Positions 36,548 to 44,400 of a DNA stretch of 64,000 nt are shown here, one piece after another. Every line of letters starts with the position of its first letter. Positions within the stretch are counted from its first letter, which is position 1. The stretch is taken from the IMG/VR virus record IMGVR_UViG_3300032373_001170, positions 1 to 64,000 of that record. The stretch is one strand, 5' to 3'. The notes under the pieces were generated by a model. The model was not told the origin of the DNA. It did no database searches and worked only from the letters and a program-made list of their open reading frames with translations. The translations under genes were made by a program, and so were the position numbers. Source of the DNA: a virus (Duplodnaviria > Caudoviricetes).

Positions 36548-36876
36548 TGGATGCAGAGGTCGAAAAATATGTATCCGGAGAGTCCGGCGTAGGTCTTCGG
36601 CATAATACCGGCAGGGATCTAATAGCAGCAATAAGTCTAAAGCTTACTATTACGACGCCTACAGGTGATATATGGGAAGCGGTTGGTGTTATTGTCGGTG
36701 CCTCTGATGTTACAACAAAAAGATTAGGTTTATTTAAGGGTGGGGAATATGCTGTATATATAACAAAGCCTGGTGAATTTGTTGCTCTAGGTTATTACTT
36801 TCTTCAGTGGGAATTTGATTTCGGAGGCGGGAAGGTTTTGAAACCTGAGCTACAGATACTTGAAGTCGAATTATGA
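36547..36876 (+). CDS. Ig/BppU-like small structural protein
   Basis: LKLTITTPTG..YITKPGEF...GYYFLQW pattern. Confidence 0.5.
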   Translation: MDAEVEKYVSGESGVGLRHNTGRDLIAAISLKLTITTPTGDIWEAVGVIVGASDVTTKRLGLFKGGEYAVYITKPGEFVALGYYFLQWEFDFGGGKVLKPELQILEVEL

Positions 36877-38078
36877 ATAATCGAAGCGTTAGCAAAGGCG
36901 ATTCGGTTTATTTTCAATCAAAGCATGGCCCTAAGTCTGGTGTTGTCCTTTCTCACGGTGAGCATGGCTTGTCGGTAGATTCTGATGGGCAAACTCATAA
37001 AGTTTATTGGAAGCACCTGCTTGGTCATAAGCAGCGTTTGCAGCACAAAATGTCGCTTGTTGAAAAAGGCGAAGACGGTGCAATCGTAAAAAATGAAAAA
37101 GGTGATCATAGCTATATCGCGGGCGAAATGCCAGAGGCTGCTGGTTATCTCGACAAGATATCATCCCTAGATGAAAATTCCGAAGGTGATTTAATTACCA
37201 GACGCATAGAGCGCGAACTTGAGCAAGTAACTCGCTATATGGTTGTTGACGCAAGGTCTCTTGACGACGGTAATGTGCTAGTCATAGAGTCAGTTAAAAC
37301 ATCACCATTACTGCTAAAACATCTGGAAGACAATAAACTTCAAATCGACTATGACGCATTTAACATGGTTAAAGCTGATGGCGATAAAGAAGAAAGCCTC
37401 GTTCTCATTCAATTTACTGTTGAAGATGATCAATTGCAAAATCTTGTTAATGCGGTCGCGATATTTCAACGTAAAAAGTCTACAGATAATGAAATGATTA
37501 TTGTACGCGGACGTGAGGTTAAGGGCATGCAGTCTGCGACTATGGCTATTAAGTCAATTAGTGGTCGCTCTGTATTTTATTTTGATCAAAAAGCAGATGA
37601 GGAAGTGTCAGAAAATGTGTCAGTATCAAATGACCTGGTGGATTTAATGATGAAATCTAATTCATTAGTGATATTCAAAAGCTCTACAGTAAATCGTCAA
37701 GGACCAGTTTTAGATAATTCATCAGATGTAAAGCATGAGATAGAGACGGAAGATGATGATATTGTGGATTCTAGTGATCAAAGCAGCGCGAGCGCTGAAG
37801 TGTTTCCAGAGCAGAGCGAAGAGGAAGAGGAGCTGGCAACTTCGGTAGGCGGTGAAAATTCAGAAGGTCAAATTGAAGAAAATGAGCAAGATGAATTGTC
37901 GCCTGAGCCTTTAGAGGTCAAAGATAATGATGAGTCGATAGAAAAAAAAAGTAAGCCGAAACTTAGAAAATCAATAGCCGGTTTTTTTAGCCGTATGTTC
38001 TCCCGTTCGGGAGGCAACCCTCAAGAAAAAGCAAGCAAACCTGTTTTGGTTGTTTTCAAGTCAGGCAAGAATGACTAA
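36873..38078 (+). CDS. Hypothetical protein with acidic C-terminus, putative internal head protein
   Basis: 401 aa; several hydrophobic-x-KS motifs. Confidence 0.65.
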   Translation: MNNRSVSKGDSVYFQSKHGPKSGVVLSHGEHGLSVDSDGQTHKVYWKHLLGHKQRLQHKMSLVEKGEDGAIVKNEKGDHSYIAGEMPEAAGYLDKISSLDENSEGDLITRRIERELEQVTRYMVVDARSLDDGNVLVIESVKTSPLLLKHLEDNKLQIDYDAFNMVKADGDKEESLVLIQFTVEDDQLQNLVNAVAIFQRKKSTDNEMIIVRGREVKGMQSATMAIKSISGRSVFYFDQKADEEVSENVSVSNDLVDLMMKSNSLVIFKSSTVNRQGPVLDNSSDVKHEIETEDDDIVDSSDQSSASAEVFPEQSEEEEELATSVGGENSEGQIEENEQDELSPEPLEVKDNDESIEKKSKPKLRKSIAGFFSRMFSRSGGNPQEKASKPVLVVFKSGKND

Positions 38079-39234
38079 GCCTGTCTTATTCGATATTGGA
38101 CCGTTAAGCTGCTCATGCACTGATCATGTGCTTGAAGAAATGCATAAGGCGCTTATTGACCCGCCTGGATCTGAAGGAGTATGGAAGCCGCATCATGACT
38201 TATACGTGCGTGATCACATTGAAGACGTAACTCAGTGGGGACTAAAAATATTAGTCGATATTCAATCAGATATGCTTTCAATTATCGAAGGCAGCCCGGT
38301 CAAAAATGACGAAAACCTGTTAGGCAAGGCGTTAGGCTGGACTCGATATACGGAAAAGGAATTCGAAGCAATACAGCGGTTATTGGAAGATAAAGGCCCA
38401 GAAAATTACAGCGTTGACGACTGGATGATGGTAGTTGATTTGATTGTGCATCGATATTTGCCAAGTGATGTAGTACGGACTGAAGCGGAATATATTGCAA
38501 TGCGCTCTGTGATGCTCGGTAAAATACAGGCGAGCACTGAGCGCAAAAAACTTAAAAATAAGGAAATTCTTGCGCTTGCTGGCGGCTTACCGGAAAGCGC
38601 AGCCAATATTGCATCGATATCAAAGCTCTCATTGAGAGAGCAATCTGTATTTGATATCTCAAAAGCTAGGTCTGCACTATATATTACTGAGCTTGGTGAT
38701 AGCACAAGGCGTCGAATAAAACAGATTGTCATTAATCATCATCAAAATATATTAAACGACGATCCTGATTCAAGCCTGTGGAATTTAGAAAGTAATTTGC
38801 TTGATGAGTTTGGTGTGCTTAATCGTGACTGGCGAAGAATTGCATTAACCGAAGTGGCAGAGAATACAAATCAAGGTTTTATCGCAAGTCTCGAAGAGGG
38901 GACGGTAGTTCAGCGTGTTGAAGCATACGATGGTGCCTGTAGTTTCTGCCGTAAAATTAATGGATCGAAATACACCGTGGTGGACGCAGCTAGAACAGAT
39001 AAACGCGGTGAAACTGAGGTATGGGTTGGAAAAACAAATGTTGATAGATCTTCAAGCCCAAGAAAGCGAGTTGGAGACGAACTGATTGATAGGTCGCCTT
39101 CTGAGTTATGGTGGCCTGCAGCTGGTGTCCAGCATCCACATTGTCGCGGGACGTGGAGAGTTATTCATCAGGCTTCCTCTGACGTTGATCCTGAGTTCGC
39201 GAAGTGGATTGACAAAGCTTTATCAGCCGCTTAG
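38071..39234 (+). CDS. MuF-like minor head protein
   Basis: RDWRRIALTE, ACSFCRKING, HPHCRG. Confidence 0.8.
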   Translation: MTKPVLFDIGPLSCSCTDHVLEEMHKALIDPPGSEGVWKPHHDLYVRDHIEDVTQWGLKILVDIQSDMLSIIEGSPVKNDENLLGKALGWTRYTEKEFEAIQRLLEDKGPENYSVDDWMMVVDLIVHRYLPSDVVRTEAEYIAMRSVMLGKIQASTERKKLKNKEILALAGGLPESAANIASISKLSLREQSVFDISKARSALYITELGDSTRRRIKQIVINHHQNILNDDPDSSLWNLESNLLDEFGVLNRDWRRIALTEVAENTNQGFIASLEEGTVVQRVEAYDGACSFCRKINGSKYTVVDAARTDKRGETEVWVGKTNVDRSSSPRKRVGDELIDRSPSELWWPAAGVQHPHCRGTWRVIHQASSDVDPEFAKWIDKALSAA

Positions 39235-39249
39235 TCGTGAACTTATATT
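39234..39249 (+). promoter_or_regulatory. Putative late promoter
   Basis: GTCGTGA-ACT-TATATT. Confidence 0.65.
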
Positions 39250-39298
39250 AACGGTCGAACATGATGGTTTTGTTTCACGTAACAAATCGGAGAAATTA

Positions 39299-39793
39299 AT
39301 GAATAGAATTAGAGTATGTATAGCAACAATATTGCTGGCGGTCAGCACTTCAGCTTCAGCTTGGGTTAGTGATCTAACCAATCCATTGTCTGTAAACTAT
39401 TCTGCTGTGGAGAAAGATATTACCGTATCGGTTAAATCAGATTACAGCGTCAAATCAGTTGGTGGCTTGAAAGAAAGTAAACACTCAGAAGATATTATCT
39501 TACTCGTCAAGCCTGATTACGGAGCCAAATCAGCTGCTGACTTTAAAGTCGACAAGCGGAATATCTGCGTTAGTTGTCATGCAAACGAAAACCCGATGTG
39601 GCCACCCTCATTTGCGGGAGCAAGCATCCAGATTAACGATGGTGAACCGAGTGGGAAGATAAGCGCCTCTTATCATGTGCATGGACCAGGTTGCAGTCAT
39701 AAAGCAAACGGAAATGCTAAGCGTATTGATAAGACACTCATAGCAACCGCTAGCGGTATGCTTGCTGAGAAAATCCTTCGGACAGATTTGTAG
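39299..39793 (+). CDS. Exported protein with a CxxCH motif
   Basis: 164 aa from ATG 39299; signal peptide (ILLAVSTSASA); CVSCH. Confidence 0.65.
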   Translation: MNRIRVCIATILLAVSTSASAWVSDLTNPLSVNYSAVEKDITVSVKSDYSVKSVGGLKESKHSEDIILLVKPDYGAKSAADFKVDKRNICVSCHANENPMWPPSFAGASIQINDGEPSGKISASYHVHGPGCSHKANGNAKRIDKTLIATASGMLAEKILRTDL

Positions 39794-39823
39794 CGCTCTA
39801 TAGCTCAAAGTTAGATAAAAGCG

Positions 39824-39849
39824 AAAGGCGGCCTGAGGCCGTCTTTTTT
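39824..39849 (+). terminator. Rho-independent terminator
   Basis: AGGCGGCC-TGA-GGCCGTCT followed by a T-run. Confidence 0.8.
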
Positions 39850-39852
39850 ATT

Positions 39853-39868
39853 GTCGTGAGCATAATAT
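39853..39868 (+). promoter_or_regulatory. Putative late promoter
   Basis: GTCGTGA-GCA-TAATAT immediately after the terminator. Confidence 0.72.
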
Positions 39869-39896
39869 CAAGGCACGTACAAAAGGAGAAAACCAG

Positions 39897-40469
39897 GTGG
39901 AAAAAATCAAGTGTTACATGCTAATGGAAACAGAAAGCGCTAGGCTTTATGTGCGCCGATATAGCAAGTCACCGGGGTGCTCTGTCTCAGCGTCAGGCGT
40001 GCATAACAAAATAGAACTGATTTCAGAAGACGCTAAAAGCGTAATTAGCGACATATTTGAATCTGAGAAACGTAAGCTTGTTTCGTGTGAGTGTGGATAC
40101 AAGTTCAAGGATGACGACCCTGCTGTTTATTCCATTATTGATGTCTATAGTCGCTCTGATACTGGTGAACTCGTAGAGCTGAGAAATGCGGATGTTGGAG
40201 CAATGTGGTTTTCAGATACGTATCCATGGAAAGGGCCTGATCGAAAATCTCTAGTAGTCAGAACGCCAGGTGGCGACTGGCCAATTGATATGCAGGCAAG
40301 TAATTGTGATAAGAAAGATGATAAAACTCACAAATGCTGGGTACGTCATGGTAAGCCACCTGAAGTAACTGTTGATAAAAACGGTAATACCTGCGGCGCT
40401 GGTGCAGGCTCAATTCTTATTAAGGGTTATCATGGATTCCTTCGCAACGGATATCTGGAGCGCTGCTAA
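39897..40469 (+). CDS. Cys/His-motif hypothetical phage protein
   Basis: HKCWVRHG..TVDKNGNTCGAGAGSI..YHGFLRNG; SD AAGGAG with GTG start. Confidence 0.7.
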   Translation: MEKIKCYMLMETESARLYVRRYSKSPGCSVSASGVHNKIELISEDAKSVISDIFESEKRKLVSCECGYKFKDDDPAVYSIIDVYSRSDTGELVELRNADVGAMWFSDTYPWKGPDRKSLVVRTPGGDWPIDMQASNCDKKDDKTHKCWVRHGKPPEVTVDKNGNTCGAGAGSILIKGYHGFLRNGYLERC

Positions 40470-41368
40470 TGACATTAGCCGTATTTTATAAATCACCTAC
40501 GCCCGCTCAGATCGAAGCAGGTAATTATCCGAAAAAGCATATTCGTTTGTATGGAATGAAGATTTCTATAGAGAATAGAAAAGGCAGTATTCGGACTGGA
40601 GTAGACAAAGGCGGTAGTAGTTGGTCTATAAAAATGAAATTTGATTACGGGGATATTAAAGGTACGGCGGGACTGGATGGTGATGACTTAGATGTTTATG
40701 TTGGTCCAGATAAAGATGCAGAAAAAGTTTATGTGGTTCATCAGCACAAAATTGAAAAAGTTAAAAGCTGGCCGAAAGAAACATGCGAAAAATGCGGAGA
40801 AGAGCATCAAGAATGTTGGCACGACATAGATGAAGATAAAGTGATGATGTGCTTTTCATCAAAGCAAGCAGCGGTCGAAGCTTACTTATCCCAATACGAT
40901 AGCCCGTTATTTCTAGGTCCAGTAACTGAAATGAGTGTTGACGAGTTTAAGAAGAAAGCGCTCGCCACGAAGGACAAGCCTAAATTGATCAAATCTCTTT
41001 TTCTTAAGGGTGGAGTTAAGCCTGCGCTCTGTTTTGACTTTGATAAGGTAATTCATAGTTATAAAAATGGATGGGAAGGCCCGTCAAAGATAAGTGGAGG
41101 ACCCGTTCCCGGCGTGAACGATATGATTAAAGTGTGCCGTGAGCACTTTAAAGTTGTTGTAAATTCTGCCAGGTGTCAGAGTAAAACTGGTAGAGAGGCG
41201 ATTGAAAAATGGTTGAAAGATAATGATATTGAGGTCGATGAGGTGTCAGAACATAAACCGATAGCCGTAGCCTACATTGACGATCTAGCAATACCGTTCA
41301 CGGGCGATTGGCTTAATGTTCAAAAGAGACTAAAAGAGCTTACAGATGCGAATGTAAGCAGGCCGTAG
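40469..41368 (+). CDS. InPase-like domain fused to a HAD-family phosphatase
   Basis: PTPAQIEAGNY.K.H..ISIEN.KGS.R.G..DYG.I.GT.G.DGDDLDVYVG, DEDKVM; then FDFDKVIHSY (DxD), KP and YIDD. Confidence 0.8.
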   Translation: MTLAVFYKSPTPAQIEAGNYPKKHIRLYGMKISIENRKGSIRTGVDKGGSSWSIKMKFDYGDIKGTAGLDGDDLDVYVGPDKDAEKVYVVHQHKIEKVKSWPKETCEKCGEEHQECWHDIDEDKVMMCFSSKQAAVEAYLSQYDSPLFLGPVTEMSVDEFKKKALATKDKPKLIKSLFLKGGVKPALCFDFDKVIHSYKNGWEGPSKISGGPVPGVNDMIKVCREHFKVVVNSARCQSKTGREAIEKWLKDNDIEVDEVSEHKPIAVAYIDDLAIPFTGDWLNVQKRLKELTDANVSRP

Positions 41369-41383
41369 TCGTGAGCTGATAAT
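41368..41383 (+). promoter_or_regulatory. Putative late promoter
   Basis: GTCGTGA-GCT-GATAAT. Confidence 0.65.
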
Positions 41384-41415
41384 TGGCCACTAATAACTCG
41401 AATTAGTGGCCGCTC

Positions 41416-44400
41416 ATGAAATTGCTTGTATTAGTCAAGTCCCTTGCGAATCAATTAGGATTGTTTGATTCATCTGTTGAAATAGATGGCTACACGCGTA
41501 AAGACGGTGTATACGTCAAGCCTCATCGATCAACTAGAAAGAAAAAAACTGGTAAGCCTACAAACAATAAAATCCCTTATACGCCAGACTTGTTTGCCGA
41601 TAGCTCCCCATCAGTCACGCAAAAAACAAAAGCTCCCGCTAAATATGAGACAGCTGATATGTTTGGCGGAGACTCTATTCCTGTTGTATTCAACTCCCCT
41701 GTAAAAAGAGAAGATCTTATAGCTGCTGCGGATCGTGAAAACGAAAAAACAGTAACTGATGTAAAACCGAAAAAAGCTAAAAAGAAAGCAATAAGCGCCA
41801 ACGAAAAAGAACTGACTAATGCACCAGATCAAGGCAGCGTCAATCAGAGTGATGATTTTGCGTTTGGAGTTCCTGAGGGAGTAACCAAAGGCGAAAGAGT
41901 AAAGCTAAACAATACAGCCCTTGAATTACTATCATCGAAAGAAGGCGATTTTACCACTGAAGAAAGAGAAGTACTCTCCAAATACAGTGGGCAGGGCGGA
42001 GTTGGAGATTCTTTAAATGAATTCTATACGCGACAAGATGTTGCTGATGCTATGTGGTCGGTACTTCGCAATAATGGATTTCATGGGGGCGATGTTTTAG
42101 AACCCTCCTGCGGCACTGGGATGTTTTTACATACTGCGCCAGACGACACAAAAGTAATCGGTGTTGAGCTAGATACAGCAAGTGCACAGATTGCAAAAGC
42201 AATACATCCAGGACATGAAGTTTCGCAAGGCAGTCTTGAAATGTTTGCTACTCAAGATGTTCGACAGTTTGATGCGGTGATCGGTAATGTTCCTTTTGGG
42301 ATCCGAGGCGGGTTAATTAAAGATGATAAGCCCTATCTGTCTACCGCAGAACAGTACTTTGTTGATACTTCGATTGATAAAGCAAAAGAGCACGGGCTTG
42401 TCGCGTTGATTGTTCCTACCGGGATAATGGATGGCAAAAATAATCGCTCTTTTCGTGAGAGAGTACTAAGAAAAGCTGAATTTGTTTCAGCGTATCGTCT
42501 ACCTAACACAGCATTTGCACATTCACACACGGAAGTTACTTCGGATATCGTCATTTTCAGAAAACGGCCACAAGATGTGGGGGGGGCGTTAAGTGTTGTT
42601 GATCAGCACTCGATGAAGGAGCTGGGCGTTTGGAATTCGGAATTCTTAGCGGGCAATTACTTTAGCAATAAAGGCCTAGATAACGTTTTTGGCAAGCCTG
42701 AGGCAGGTTGGCGAGCTAAGGCTGGTATGGGGAATGATTTCACCGTTGTAGGCTCGATGGATGGTGTTGCTGATTCCATTGCGGGTATGGGTGATGGTAA
42801 TTCAACATCGGATTTAACCGTTCAAAAAATATTAGAAAATCTTGATGATGAGACGAAAGCAAGAGCGCTAAACGCGACGAGAAAGCCAGTATATGAAGTT
42901 GCCGAGCTTGGCGATGTCAAGGTGATTGACGGTATTACATATGTGCTGCAGGGCGAGCCTCCTAGATGGCACAGAGCCAATGAAGAGGAGATATCTTCAG
43001 CGGTAACAGAGGCAAGCGAAGTTTCATTGCAGTTAGACGCAATGTTCGCTGACGATGAAAGTGGTCGAGATTTCAATCGTGAATCGACGATTAAGTTGTT
43101 GGATGATTATGTGTCGCAGCACGGTATCCCGTCAAAAAACAAAGATCTTCAGTTAGCAGCGAAAAATGACAAGCAGCTATATCGTTTGATTGGCGCTGTA
43201 AATGAGGATGGATCTTACTCCGATATGGTGACGGGATCTACGTCTTCCTCTGAAGATTCAGATTTTGATAATGTCGCCACACGCTTAATTATTCAAAAAG
43301 GTATCTTCAGTGCTGAAGAAATTGCGACAGCATGGTCGGGTGGTGATAAAGAATTATCGCTAGATCACTTGTTTTCCTCTGATCTCTACGCAGTTGATTC
43401 CAACGGTAAAAACTGGACGTCGATGGATGAATATTTGTCAGGCGATCTGTGGGTTAAGTATGACGCGATGACCCAGGCGCTTGAACGCGAAGGTATTGCT
43501 TCACATTACCTGGATAAGTACAAAAAACAGTTAAATGCACTCGAAGAAGCAATTGCGCCGAAACTTCTTGAGGATGTTGAATGCCAGATTAACAGTGGGT
43601 GGATACCGCTAGCCGTTATAGAGCAGTGGTATAACGAATCGTACGTGCAACCTCGCATAGATAATGCTGGGGCAACTGGATGGAAGCCTGATTATATCAA
43701 GCTTAGCTATGAATCCGGATTGTATACGGTGGAAGGTGGTCTTTATGATTCTGACTTGATTACCAAATACTTGAACCGTACCGGCGTACGAAAAGATGAC
43801 CTTTCAGATGTTGAAGAATTAAATCTGAGCTTTAAAGATTGGCTATTGTCGTCTGAATCTCGCGATGAAATCGAGGATTTGTATAACCGAAAATTTCGGG
43901 GTTATAGAGCAAAGCAATATTCTGATGCGCCGATGAATATACCCGGAATGAATCCAGCGTTAGACGTTAATGCGTATCATTTTTCCGGATTACGCTGGGC
44001 GCTGGATGCTGGTAAAGGAATCGTAGCAGATGATGTTGGGTTAGGTAAAACCGCCCGTGGTTTGATGCTGGCGAAGCTTTCAAAAGTAAATGGGACAGCT
44101 AAAAAACCAACAATCGTTGTGCCTAAATCAGTGTTGGCCAATTGGAAAGAGGAAATCGATTTTTGGTTCCCTGGTTCCAAAGTGCTCATTGTCGGTGAAA
44201 CTTATTCGACGGATAAGGATGGCAATCAAAAATCCGTCACTGACAATAAACAAGCCAGAGATAGAAAACTTCACGAGCTATCTCAAAATGAATACGATTT
44301 TGTTCTTATTTCTCGACCAGCTTTTAATAATATCGATATAGATCCAATCACGAAGGGTGAATATCTCAATGATGATTTTTGGGTTCAGCGATCAGATGCT

